The notes below the pieces were generated by a model. The model was given only the letters and a program-made list of their open reading frames with translations. It ran no database searches and was not told the origin of the DNA. 64,000 nucleotides of DNA, from the NCBI GenBank assembly GCA_000092065.1, contig CP000600.1, one strand, 5' to 3'. Both the position numbers and the translations under genes were made by a program. Below are positions 10,377 through 21,000 of the stretch, piece after piece. Every line of letters begins with the position of its first letter. Position 1 is the first letter of the stretch. Source of the DNA: Ostreococcus lucimarinus (taxonomy: Eukaryota).

Positions 10377-13300
10377 TCACGCGAAGAGACTGAGCGCTAT
10401 TGGTAGAAAGACGACGCCATTCGCCACGGCGAAGAGCAAAATCACGCACCATTGACTGAAAAAGTACACGCGGAAGTACTCGTACCGCGCGAACGCGCTC
10501 GGGATGACACCAAGGAACGTGGTCACTCCAGCGTTGAACAAAGCGGGAGCGATGGATGCGAAGGCGGCGCCCGCGCGCCGGTCGGAAGAGAAAAACGCGC
10601 GGGACATGTGAGCGATGAATTCATTCACGACACCGGTCGAAATGATCAAGTTCGCCATGGATGCGCCGTTGAGCTTGACATTGAACCGACCCATGGCGCC
10701 GAAGAGCTCAGCTTGTGTGAACGCGAGCGTCGCAGAGGCCACCATAGTCGCTCGAACGTCGCCGCGAAAAGCAACGAACATAATGATTGTGGACGTCACG
10801 AGTCCTATGATGAGCGCTCGCCACGTGTTTGACTTGATGTTCAAGTACTGTTCGTTCATCGCATACAGCGCTACGTCGAATGGGAAGGCTCGGGCACCTC
10901 CTCGCGCGACGATGTCAGAATTCTTCAACGCGCTTCGAGCCTGGCGGATGTGCGCGAGTTTATCGTCAACGTCGAAAACGTCTTCGACGTAAAACAACAG
11001 CCTGGCGCTCGTGACGATTGACGCGTTGCTTCCGAGTGTTGTGAACGCGCGCGAAATTTCGCCGCGCTGACCGCCGGCGAGAAAAGCCGGGAACTCGCGA
11101 ACGAATGCGTCTTCGTTGTAAATCAGTCGATGAGGGCAGTAGCATCGACTTCGCTCGCGGCTCGCGCCTTTGTGGAATTCGCACCGCTTCGATTGCGTCT
11201 GAGGTACGTGTGCTAAGCACTTTACCATGCATGTAAACGTTTGATTCTCGTCGAGCGCGTCCGCAGCGCACGAATCGTAAGGTTCCGCCGCCCTCGTGGC
11301 GTCGTAGTACCAACGCGTGTCGTTCAGCGAACACGAATGCCCGCCCGCAACTCTCGATTCCGCGTATTCGGTGTAGTAAATCATGAAGTTGGTTGACCCG
11401 TGCGTTACGTCGACGTGCGCGACGTCGAGAAAGTCGCGCTCGAGTTCTCGCAACGCCACGGCGTACCGAGCAAAATCGACATTCGAGACGAAGACGAAGA
11501 CAGGATACGTGGCGAATCGATGCTCCATCTCCGCCACGAACGGCGCCATGTAAGAATCGCTCGGTATGACGTCCCGCATTTCGAGTCCAAGGCGTACTGT
11601 TGGAATGCCGGCGATCAAATACACGGCGAAGACACCATACATGGCGAGCACCGCAAGGCGTAACGCCGTGCTTGCGCGTGGTGCAGCAATCAAACGCTCA
11701 CGCCACCGCACAAACGGCTCATACACCGCCGATGAAATCTTCGCAAAGGAAGAGTCGCGACGGAGCGGTGTCGTGCATTCGACGTCTTCTGATACCCTCC
11801 TCGCCTCAGATGCGCTGCGTCGCTCGAGATGTCGATACAGAATGCCAGGGAAAACCAACAACGCGACGATGTAGTTGCATGCCACTGCGCACGCTATTTG
11901 GATACCAAAGTTTCTCACCGCGGGCACCGGCGAAATGGCGCCGAGCAAGAACGCGGCAAAGTTCATCGCGCTGGACAGTGTCACCGATGTACCACCATCG
12001 CGTAAAGTGCGAACGAGTATGTCTTCATTAGAACTTATTGAATCACCGTCAACGAATGAATCTTCAAGTTCTGCCGTAGCCGCCGCGGCGTGCGACGCGA
12101 GCACAAAGAAATCATTCACGCCCAAGCCGAGCGATAAGAACGGCAAAACTTGAAGCGTGATGGCGTTAAATGTCACGCCAGAGATTCGCGAGAGCGCGGC
12201 ACTCAATCCTAAAGACGCCCACGTACTTAAAGCGACTACAGAGACGCCTTCGACAGCTGCTCGAGGGCCACACGCAGCGTTCGGGCTGAGATGGAAATAT
12301 GTCACGACGTAAAAGGCGACGGTGAAGTAACCAATGAAGAGGAGCACGAAGGCGCCCCTCGACGCGGCGGCGATGATATCCTCAGTACTTCGTTGTGACA
12401 TGTAAGCGATTGAAATGTGCTCGTAATTCGCAATTTTGGCGTCGATTTGCGAGAGCCAAAGTGATTCCCAACCCAACAGTAAATCTTCAGCGTCCTCTTT
12501 CGAGAGTTCGCGGCGTTCGTGTGCGGGAACCCAAATCAAAGTCGATGCCGTTGACGCAGATTTGGACGCGCGCTTCGCCGGTGGAGTGACAACACTCGTA
12601 TTCCTACCGCAAACATCGAAACTAGGCGTCGAGAATCCGCTCAGCGTACAAAACTGTACGATTTGTCCGACGTCATCGCGAGCGAAGAGGGACTCGCACG
12701 GTCTCGATCTTCCTCCGCAGTGAAGATCCCCGCAGTGACATTTCGACAAGGCAAAAGTCTCCAAGCTCGCACAACACTCGCTCGCAGCCGTGTAATTACC
12801 CTCGGCGATCAATGGACATTTCGTTTGCAGCGAACGTAGCTTGAATCCACACTCGAAGACGTTTGTCACTGGCGTTGAAGCGCTCAAGTCTTCGTAGTAA
12901 TCGTCTTCGATTCCACTCGTCGAAGACTTGCGTAACGTTTCTCCGTTCGGAAGTCTCACACACTGCGAATCGAACGAAATTCTTGCTATTCCGCACGTAG
13001 TGAACACTTGATTCCCGAGCGCGAACAACGTAGCGTCGCTCATCCACAACGTCTCGACGCACGGATGCTCGCGTAGTCTCGCCATATACTCGCAGCACGT
13101 GGGTGGCTGCTCCGCGTCGCCCTCCGGAACGCAACCGTATTCCAACACCGAAAACAAATTAAACGTTTCTATGCACGAGCAATCTTCCAACGATGGCGTC
13201 CCCGCGCGACAGCCCAACACGTCGACCGCCGACGCCTGCGTCGGCGTAAAAGTCGTTCGCACCACGCCGCGAGCGGCCAACGAGGCGGCGTCGCGCGTTT

Positions 13301-13928
13301 GAAACACCACGCGCATCGCATCTAACCCGTTCGCGTCTTCTCGCAATCCCGAAAACAGTACTTTCGGGGGAGTCGCGAGATTGAACCATTGTTTGCACCC
13401 TCGAGCGAAAGACTGATTGAAATCTTTCTCGAAATCAAATGATGCCACGCTCGGGCGAACCGAGTACGACGCCGCGAACGCATCGTTCTTCTCAGCCCCT
13501 CCCGGCGCGCTCACCGCACCTTCCGCGAAACAATCCAACGGCGTTATTTGAAAACACGGCGTGTGCGGTTCGGAATCGACGTACTTGTAGCAAAAATCGT
13601 GCAGGGTGTACGACCCCGCCGCGGACGGCGCCTCCAAACCGTACATCCAGTCGTGCCAGTCCTTGAGTTCTAAGAACGCCTCCCTCGACGCCAACGTCGG
13701 CGCTCGCTTCGCCGTCACGACGAACGCCTGCGTCCTATAGTCACCGAACGCGTCTTCGTACGTCTTTACCTCCTCCCGCGCTCGCGCGTCGACCCACAAC
13801 TTCAGCGCGTCGACCTCGACCCTTCCCCAGAGCGCGCCGAACCCCCCCGCGAGCGCGCACGCCGCGACCACCGCTCCGCACCGCGGACGCACCGCGCACG
13901 CCGCGACGCACGCTCTTATTTTTTCCAT
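10377..13928 (-). CDS. Patched/NPC1/Dispatched-family RND-type membrane protein with sterol-sensing domain
   Basis: The 1183-aa ORF starts at an ATG. It has an N-terminal signal/TM helix, a large Cys-rich luminal loop, and a TM bundle containing 'LSLGLGVNDFFVL' (SSD signature GxGxDDxF-like). A second large loop and a second 6-TM bundle follow, giving the 12-TM RND topology. Confidence 0.7.
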   Translation of the reverse strand: MEKIRACVAACAVRPRCGAVVAACALAGGFGALWGRVEVDALKLWVDARAREEVKTYEDAFGDYRTQAFVVTAKRAPTLASREAFLELKDWHDWMYGLEAPSAAGSYTLHDFCYKYVDSEPHTPCFQITPLDCFAEGAVSAPGGAEKNDAFAASYSVRPSVASFDFEKDFNQSFARGCKQWFNLATPPKVLFSGLREDANGLDAMRVVFQTRDAASLAARGVVRTTFTPTQASAVDVLGCRAGTPSLEDCSCIETFNLFSVLEYGCVPEGDAEQPPTCCEYMARLREHPCVETLWMSDATLFALGNQVFTTCGIARISFDSQCVRLPNGETLRKSSTSGIEDDYYEDLSASTPVTNVFECGFKLRSLQTKCPLIAEGNYTAASECCASLETFALSKCHCGDLHCGGRSRPCESLFARDDVGQIVQFCTLSGFSTPSFDVCGRNTSVVTPPAKRASKSASTASTLIWVPAHERRELSKEDAEDLLLGWESLWLSQIDAKIANYEHISIAYMSQRSTEDIIAAASRGAFVLLFIGYFTVAFYVVTYFHLSPNAACGPRAAVEGVSVVALSTWASLGLSAALSRISGVTFNAITLQVLPFLSLGLGVNDFFVLASHAAAATAELEDSFVDGDSISSNEDILVRTLRDGGTSVTLSSAMNFAAFLLGAISPVPAVRNFGIQIACAVACNYIVALLVFPGILYRHLERRSASEARRVSEDVECTTPLRRDSSFAKISSAVYEPFVRWRERLIAAPRASTALRLAVLAMYGVFAVYLIAGIPTVRLGLEMRDVIPSDSYMAPFVAEMEHRFATYPVFVFVSNVDFARYAVALRELERDFLDVAHVDVTHGSTNFMIYYTEYAESRVAGGHSCSLNDTRWYYDATRAAEPYDSCAADALDENQTFTCMVKCLAHVPQTQSKRCEFHKGASRERSRCYCPHRLIYNEDAFVREFPAFLAGGQRGEISRAFTTLGSNASIVTSARLLFYVEDVFDVDDKLAHIRQARSALKNSDIVARGGARAFPFDVALYAMNEQYLNIKSNTWRALIIGLVTSTIIMFVAFRGDVRATMVASATLAFTQAELFGAMGRFNVKLNGASMANLIISTGVVNEFIAHMSRAFFSSDRRAGAAFASIAPALFNAGVTTFLGVIPSAFARYEYFRVYFFSQWCVILLFAVANGVVFLPIALSLFA

Positions 13929-14174
13929 CGCCCTCGCGCGCTCCTAGCGCGTCGCGCGCGTCGTCGTGTGCCGAAAACGGTCGAGAACGTCGAGAGAGCC
14001 ATGTGTCGGTTCTTGTCCTCTCTCGGCCAACACTAAAATCTACAGCGCAACTTTTGCTACGCGGCACATCGACGCGCGACGCGCGACGCGCGAACGCGAA
14101 CGCGAACGCGACGCGACGCGAAATAACGTCGACGGTGACGTCGACGTGACCGCGCGCGACGCGCGCGACGTCGA

Positions 14175-14228
14175 CGAACGAACGAACGAACGAACGAACG
14201 AACGAACGAACGAACGAACGAACGAACG
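14175..14228. repeat. (GAAC)n tetranucleotide microsatellite, about 13.5 units
   Basis: Read directly: 'gaacgaacgaacg…' lies in the divergent promoter between the Patched-like gene (ATG 13928, minus strand) and the SNARE-like gene (ATG 14253, plus strand). GTCGAC/TGACGTC palindromes flank it. Confidence 0.9.
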
Positions 14229-14252
14229 ATCGTCGAGCCAACACCCGGCGCG

Positions 14253-14750
14253 ATGTCGGGACGAGAGCGCGATGCGCTGCTCGGGAACGACGCCGAACGC
14301 GCGCGGAGGAAGACGGCGATCGAAGGCGTGGAGCGGTCGAGCGCGAACGCGGATCGGTTGGAGCAAACGGCGCGGACAGCGATGGAGAGCGCGCAGACTG
14401 GAGAAAACATTATGAGCAAGCTGCACGATCAGCGGGAGAAGATTTTGAGCGCGCGCGCGAGCGCGGGGCACATGGAGCGGGATATGGATAAGAGTGAAAA
14501 GCGCATGACGCAGCTCGGATGCGAAAAGTGCATGCAGCGGTGGGCGTTTTGTGTTTTAGTGTTGCTCGTGTTGACGGGATTGAGTTTTCTGTTGTGGTAT
14601 AAACTCAAGCATCGGGACGAAGATAAGGCGCGTCGAGAGGCCGAGGAGGACGAGGCGTTGGCGATGTTGGCGTCGAAAGTGACGTCCACGGTGAACGATT
14701 CGTTGGCGCACATGGGACGGGTCCCGCGGCGACTGTTGGGGACGAGATAG
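14253..14750 (+). CDS. Tail-anchored coiled-coil protein, Q-SNARE-like (Bet1/Gos-like)
   Basis: The 165-aa ORF starts at an ATG. It has a heptad region with a central Q ('LHDQREKIL') followed by one TM helix ('WAFCVLVLLVLTGLSFLLWY'), but an unusually long 45-aa luminal tail for a SNARE. The family assignment is tentative. Confidence 0.35.
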   Translation: MSGRERDALLGNDAERARRKTAIEGVERSSANADRLEQTARTAMESAQTGENIMSKLHDQREKILSARASAGHMERDMDKSEKRMTQLGCEKCMQRWAFCVLVLLVLTGLSFLLWYKLKHRDEDKARREAEEDEALAMLASKVTSTVNDSLAHMGRVPRRLLGTR

Positions 14751-14811
14751 CAAAACTTTGTTTGTTCATAGAAAAATGTATGTAGACTACACCGCGACGA
14801 CCGCGTCGCGA

Positions 14812-15423
14812 TCACGAGAACCCGACCGATTTCCACCCATACTTACTCAGCGCCAACCGCAGCGTCTTGATGCGCTTGCGATTCGCGTCGCCGTCGCTCT
14901 GTCCCAAACGCGAAGCGCTCCTGTAGTCTACGCGCGACTTCGAGTTGCCCACATCCTTCGGGAACCAAAACTCCACGTCGTCCACGAACCCAAATATTTT
15001 ACTCTTGTACTCCAACCGCAAGTAATCATCCGTTCGCTCGACGATCGTCGGCGTGAATCCATCGCAATCCGTCGTCAGCGTGACGTCGACGAGCTCCTGC
15101 ATCGCCTCGCTCGTCGTCTTCGCCGCGCCGCCGCGCGCGATTTTCTCCTCGTCGTTGTACGTCCACGCCGGAATGTAGTGCAGCGTGTCGTTGAACTCGT
15201 CCGCCGTGCCGACGCAGTTCGGCGTCGACGGGCAGAGCGCGAGGCCGGTCGAGACGCCGTTGAACGACCCCACGCCCAACCCGGGACGCTCGCCCTCAAA
15301 GTTTAACAGCGAACCGACGAGCACGGGGGCGGCGACGCCGCGCAGGACGAAGCGACGGGACTGCTCGGGCGCGCGTTGGGCGCTGGCGCGAACGCACGGG
15401 CGAGCGGAGGCGCGCGCGAGCAT
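14812..15423 (-). CDS. DUF1499-domain protein (probable organellar)
   Basis: 'LALCPSTPNCVGT', 'DYLRLEYKSKIFGFVDDVEFWF' and 'YRSASRLGQSDGDANRKRIKTLR' match the DUF1499 family. I moved the start to the ATG of 'MLARASARP' (15423) from the GTG ORF-track start at 15489. Confidence 0.6.
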   Translation of the reverse strand: MLARASARPCVRASAQRAPEQSRRFVLRGVAAPVLVGSLLNFEGERPGLGVGSFNGVSTGLALCPSTPNCVGTADEFNDTLHYIPAWTYNDEEKIARGGAAKTTSEAMQELVDVTLTTDCDGFTPTIVERTDDYLRLEYKSKIFGFVDDVEFWFPKDVGNSKSRVDYRSASRLGQSDGDANRKRIKTLRLALSKYGWKSVGFS

Positions 15424-15519
15424 CGTGCGCGCGGGCGAGTGGCTACTTTGTGATTTTATGATACAACGACGACGCGCGACGCGAGCCACGGCGCGAGCGA
15501 TGGTGCGGCTTCGACGGAG

Positions 15520-18036
15520 CTACGGCATGAGCGATGGTGCGGCCTCGACGGCGCGCTTCTTGGACTCGATCACGAGACGCTTTTCGGCGAAGAACATGCG
15601 CTCGAGCTCGGGGGCGATGTCTTCCATCGTGGGACGCTCGAGGGCGTCGGCGCGCCAACATCGAGCGATGACGGCGATGTATTCTTCGGGAAGACGCACG
15701 GCGAACTTTGAGGCGTCATCGAGCGACGGACGCTCGCCGCGAAGTAGAGCGGCGACGATTTGCATCGGTGATAAACCGCTGAAGGGATCTTCGCGCGTGA
15801 GACACTCCCACATGACGACGGCGAAACTGTACACGTCAACGGCGGTCGTGTACCGAGGCTGGCCTTCGAGGAGTTCGGGAGCCATGAACTGGTACGTGCC
15901 GACGAGCGACATCATGCCGCCGCTCGTCGACGCGCCGGTGTGAAATTTCGACAACCCAAAATCTCCGAGTTTTATGGATCCGCCGTCGTCGATGAACAAG
16001 TTTCCAGACTTGACGTCGCGGTGGATGATGTCCGAAGCGTGCAAATACACCAAGCCTTTCGCGGCCTCGCTCATCCATTTCAGAACCTTAAACGCCGAAA
16101 GGGTCTTGTTCGGGTTGTGCAGGTACGCGTATAGCGATCCTTTGTCGCAGTAGTCCATGATGATGCATAGATTCGGCGGTGCTGTGGATGCGCCGATGAA
16201 TTGCACGATGTGACGATGTCGCAAACGCGTGAGGAAAGAAAGCTCGCGCTTGAACTCAGCCAAACCGCGCTCGTCGCTCACGTCGCTCAGCACGCACAAT
16301 CGCTTGATGGCAACGTCTGTTCCTCTATACTTACCGCGGAATACTTCGCCAAACGCGCCGCGACCGATTTGTCGACCAAACTCTAAATGGTCGAGTGGAA
16401 TCTCTTCAAAGTCGTTTTGTCGCGACGACGGTGTGGTCATCGGGCTTCGCGGCGGCTTTTGCGGCGCCAAAGGCGATGGCGTCGACTGCGGCGAACGTTT
16501 GCTTTCGCTCTCGTCTAAAGCATCGGTGAGCGTGCGCACGGCGAACGGATCGACGTACGTCGAAGCAGACGCTGGCCCGCTTTGAAGCGGCGTGAACTCG
16601 AGCGGCGCCGCAAACGCGTCCAAATCAAAATCGCTGGGTTTTCGACGATGACCGGGGCGCGCGCCCAAATCGAGCGGCGGCGCCAAGCCGAACGGATTAT
16701 AATGCTCGTTGTCATCATTGTCGTCGAACTTGATCAGAGGCGGAATCTCCCCCACGGCGATTATCTGCGGCGCCTGCGCCGCCAGATCGGCGTCCATCAA
16801 GTTTTCAAACGTCGGATCCAACACGTGTTTCTTAGCCGGCGCGTTGGCGCTTAAAATCTCCTTAATATCCGTCTCCTTCTCTAAGAACTTTGGTTCCGTT
16901 TCACCGAGCGTATGCACGATTTCCTGCCTCAGGAACGCCTTGCGTAACGCCACGCGAAAGCATTCTCGCAACGCGACGTGCTCGGCGCGAAACTTTTCGT
17001 TGTCACCTTCGGACAACCTATTCTCTTCCGCCAACGTCGCCGCAACGAAGAGCGCAGCGGCGTACGCTAAATCCGCCTCGCGCAACGCCAACCGCGCGAC
17101 GAAACCGATGAGATCGGTCCATTGGAACTTGTCGAATTCGTTCGTCGTCGCCGCGACGGCTTCGGGCAAGTGTCGCGCGGCGAGCTCGACGACTCGTCTC
17201 GCTTTTCCCGCCACCGCGATGAGCGCGCACAAACTGACCGAGGAAATTGGATCGTGCATCCCGATATCATCGTCCTCAAGCGTCTCCACGCGTGCGTCCA
17301 CGGAGTAATTGTTCTCAAACGCCACGAAGAAGCGATGAAACTTACTCTTCGCTCGAATCATCGCCGCGTACGGCGCCACCAGCCCCGCGCACGCGTCGAA
17401 CCCTTCGCGCTCGTAAAACCCCAAACCCTTCGTAAACTCCGCACTCGCCTTGCGTCTCGCCCCTCCGAGCGCCCCGAAATCGCTCGAATACGCCTCCAAA
17501 GGCTCATCCATCAATTTTTCTCGCCACGCGTACGTCGGATGCAAAATCGACGAGCTCCCGTGTTGCTGCAACGCGTGCACCACTCCACACATCCGCAGCG
17601 CCGACACCGAGCTTCGCAACACATCCACTCTCGCCAACGATTTCAGCATCATCTCTATGTTCTCACTCCGTCGCGTCGCGTCTTCGCACCACGTCGCTCG
17701 CACCAATCGTTCGACGTGCCGTCGCTTCGGCGCTCGTCCCTCGCTCGAGTGCATCGTCGCCTTCACGCACGAGTACTCGATCGGCGTCAGGCTCCGCATG
17801 TACGACTGGAACTTTTCATTGAACGTGCCGACGTCGTCCGCGAACGACGGCGTCGGCGTCAGCGCGCCGCTGAAACTCGACGCGCTTTCGTGATGATGAT
17901 GTTGGTGACTCAAACTCGTCGTCGCGCCGTCGCTCGACCGCGTCGGCGCGCGCGCGACGTCGCCGCGATCGCCGACGGCGTCGCTCGCGCCGTCGGTGCC
18001 CTCGCGCGCGTCGAAGACGCGCTCGGCGCGCGACAT
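15520..18036 (-). CDS. Raf-like (TKL) Ser/Thr protein kinase with an EDR1/CTR1-like N-terminal domain
   Basis: The C-terminal kinase domain contains 'IGRGAFGEVFRGKYRGTDVAIKRL', 'IIHRDVKSGNLFID' and 'KLGDFGLSK…'. The N-terminal roughly 400 aa ('…DLIGFVARLALREADLAYAAALFVAATLAEEN…') resemble the N-terminal domain of plant CTR1/EDR1 MAPKKKs. The start is set at the ATG of 'MSRAERVF' (18036). The ORF-track extension to 18339 is the antisense of the MMS19 N-terminus. Confidence 0.65.
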   Translation of the reverse strand: MSRAERVFDAREGTDGASDAVGDRGDVARAPTRSSDGATTSLSHQHHHHESASSFSGALTPTPSFADDVGTFNEKFQSYMRSLTPIEYSCVKATMHSSEGRAPKRRHVERLVRATWCEDATRRSENIEMMLKSLARVDVLRSSVSALRMCGVVHALQQHGSSSILHPTYAWREKLMDEPLEAYSSDFGALGGARRKASAEFTKGLGFYEREGFDACAGLVAPYAAMIRAKSKFHRFFVAFENNYSVDARVETLEDDDIGMHDPISSVSLCALIAVAGKARRVVELAARHLPEAVAATTNEFDKFQWTDLIGFVARLALREADLAYAAALFVAATLAEENRLSEGDNEKFRAEHVALRECFRVALRKAFLRQEIVHTLGETEPKFLEKETDIKEILSANAPAKKHVLDPTFENLMDADLAAQAPQIIAVGEIPPLIKFDDNDDNEHYNPFGLAPPLDLGARPGHRRKPSDFDLDAFAAPLEFTPLQSGPASASTYVDPFAVRTLTDALDESESKRSPQSTPSPLAPQKPPRSPMTTPSSRQNDFEEIPLDHLEFGRQIGRGAFGEVFRGKYRGTDVAIKRLCVLSDVSDERGLAEFKRELSFLTRLRHRHIVQFIGASTAPPNLCIIMDYCDKGSLYAYLHNPNKTLSAFKVLKWMSEAAKGLVYLHASDIIHRDVKSGNLFIDDGGSIKLGDFGLSKFHTGASTSGGMMSLVGTYQFMAPELLEGQPRYTTAVDVYSFAVVMWECLTREDPFSGLSPMQIVAALLRGERPSLDDASKFAVRLPEEYIAVIARCWRADALERPTMEDIAPELERMFFAEKRLVIESKKRAVEAAPSLMP

Positions 18037-21000
18037 GACGACGCCGTCGCCGCAGATTGCGACGCTCCGGCGTCGAACAATGGCGACGCGCGACGCCCTC
18101 GCGGCGTTCTGCGCCGCGTCGGCGCGCGACGACGACGCGACATCGCTCGCGGACGACGTCGCGCTCGCCGAGATCGCGCGCGCGATCGCGGACGGCGCGC
18201 GCGCGGTTTTAGACGTCGTCGTCGACCTGGAAGGATTTCTCACAGCGACCGAGCCAAAGCCGCGGGCGCGGGCGACGGAAATCCTCGCGCACGTCGCCGA
18301 AGAGTGCGCGATGACGCTGGATGATCGCGCGGTGCGCACGCTGAGCGCGTTCTTCGCGTCGAGGTTGAGCGATTTCGCGTCGACGGCGAGCGCGGCGCGC
18401 GGCGCCGAGGCGTTGGTGAAGCGAGCGAACGCGGAGGCGATCGAAGCGACGTCGAGGGCACTTTTCGCGGAGTGCGACGTGCAGGGGTTGAGACAAAGCG
18501 ATAGGGAAGCGTGCGTGCGGTTGGCGATCGAAATGCTGCGGAGTGCGCACGCTGGGGCGTGCGCGCGCGGGGCGGGGGACGGGGAGCCGAACGAGGCGTT
18601 GGCGAGAATAATCGGCGCGTTCGATGGGGAGAAGGATCCTAGGTGCGTGTTGGGATTGTGTGAGGTGTGGACATTGTTGCCAGGGGCGTTTGAGCGGTTC
18701 GGGGAGGGTGGAAAGGCGGTGTACGAGGAGAATGCGGAGGAATTGTACGACGTCGCGGCGAGTTACTTTCCAGTGAGTTTCAAGCCGCCGAGAGGGGATT
18801 CGATTAAGATTTCTCGTCGCCAACTCGCGGAGGCGGTCGAACGCGCGATGACGGCGTCACCAACATTCGCACCGTGGGCCGTCGCGCACGCGTTGGAGAG
18901 TTTGAACCCTGAACTAGGTCCGGGGAAGATGGCGGACGCCGCGCGCGCGGTTCGCGCGATGGGCGAACGTTTCGGCGCGAGCGTCATGGAAGAATACATG
19001 GGTATCGTTTGGCAAGCCATGCGCGCCGCATTGGCGCATCCCAACGCGACGAAGATGGAAGAAGACGACGACGTGCAGGCGACGACGCCGATGGCGGTGA
19101 TGACGACGATGTTTGCCAGCGAATTCACTCGCGGCACGCTCGCGCGCGCGGCGTTGACGGATCAATGCGTGCGCGACGCCGAAGTGACTTTGCGTCGCAT
19201 GGCGAACGACAGCTCGTCGGATGACGTCGACGGCGCGTGCGCGATGGAGACCTCAGACGAGGGGTGCTGTGGCGGTGGTTGCGGCGGTGGGAGTAAGTCG
19301 TCCGGCGAAGAAGCGGCGAGGGGAAAACTCGTCGTTGCGACGGCGAGTCGCGTGCTCGGTGCGGTTGCCGCGGCGACCCCCACACTCGCGCATGATGTCA
19401 TACACGGCACTTTAAAGTCACTTCTCGACGCCGCGAAGATTCCACGCGAAATAGATGGACTTCATTCGTCCAAAGCGGCGTACTTGGCTCTCATTCTTGC
19501 CACGCCCGCGCTCGGCGGCGCGTTGGATTGCTGCGAACGGAACGCCGAATCAAGTGTGCACATGAGCGTCTTGGACGATGAAAGTGAACGGTTGGTGGGG
19601 CTGTTTGCCGACGCAGCGCTGGGAAAGATCGAATCCCCGAGCTTTGACGAAGGCATCGTTTTAGGTTTAGCAGGATTGCACATGTTGTGCAAGTTTCCAT
19701 ACAGATTCGGTCTGGCGAGCGCTGAGTCGCGAGTCGCCGTGGCGAGCAAGCTATTCGATGCGATGATGGCGCAACACGTAAACGAGTCCGAGGCCGATAT
19801 CGAAGTGCGCATTGAGCGTTCGATCGATGCGCTCGTCGCCGCAGCGAGCGGTGCGGACGCAAAACTCGTTGACGCGATGTCGACGGGCGCCGTCGCTCTC
19901 CTTGCAGACAAAGTGACAGTTACGAATTTGCAAACCGTCGAAGCGACGCGAGCGATTCGTGCCCTCTGCGCCCTCGCGGCAGTAAATCAGATGATTCGAA
20001 ACGACGTCGCGCGATTGTTTTGCGGCGTTGTGCGTGATGCTATCGAGATTGGTTCGCCGAATGCCGAGGATCTGGTGTCCGCGATGTGCCGCGACGACGA
20101 CGGTGTACTGACGCGGTTTGTTTCATCCGACGAAGCACAGCGAGCGTGCGCCGATCTCACCACATTTTGTCTCGCGCGTGATCCTGCCACAACTGCAGAG
20201 TCCACCGTGCGCGTCGTCGCGAGCGCGGTGGCGAATTGTGACGACGCGACGCAAGCGCGATTCGCCGCCGAAGCCGTCGCGCTCTCGCGCGAAAAGCCGC
20301 TGATGGCTTGCGCGGTGATTTGTGGACTACGACCGCAAGCGGCGTTCGAAGCGACACACATGGTGGCCGCTCTCGACGAATTAACGCGCTCGCGCGGCGA
20401 CCGAGGATTCTCGATGTTCGTCGCCGCCGCCGTCGGTTCGGCGACGCACAAATTCCCGAGCGTGGACTTCGCGCCACCTATGGAAGACTTGACGGACGAG
20501 CGCACGACTTTCGTTCTCGGTGCGTGCTTGCGCGCGCGAGCGATGCGTCGAGACGATTCGTCGCCATCTGATGCGCTGGTTTCGTGTCTCGTTCGCGCTC
20601 TCGACGACAGTTCGTCGCCTGAAGCGTCGAGAGGCGCGGCGATGGCGTTGAGCATGGCTGTGGGATTCAGCGCTGCGCATCGCGACATCGGGCTAGGTTT
20701 GAAGTCTTCGACTCACGCGAGCGAAAAGTTCCTCGCGTGTCAACGTTTCTTCACGAAAGTTGCGCCGACTTTGATCAAGGGCGCGTACGAAGCCGTGGGC
20801 GCGAAGCGCTTGTCGAGATCTTACGCAGTCGTCAAGCTCGCCAGCGGCGTCGCCCCATCCGTGGCACTCAGTTCGCAGTTCAACCTGTTCCCGCTGTTAC
20901 CAGACGTGTTACACGCACTCACCGTCGGTACGCTCGCCGGTGACGACGACGCCGTGCGCGCGGCGCTCCTCCTCGTCGGCGCGCGACTCGCCGAGCCCGC

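Noticed and set aside
17122-18324. 400-aa plus ORF, plus the 16709..17308 and 21269..22024 ORFs
   Set aside because: They are antisense to the kinase and the CCCH gene. They are R-rich and have no domains.
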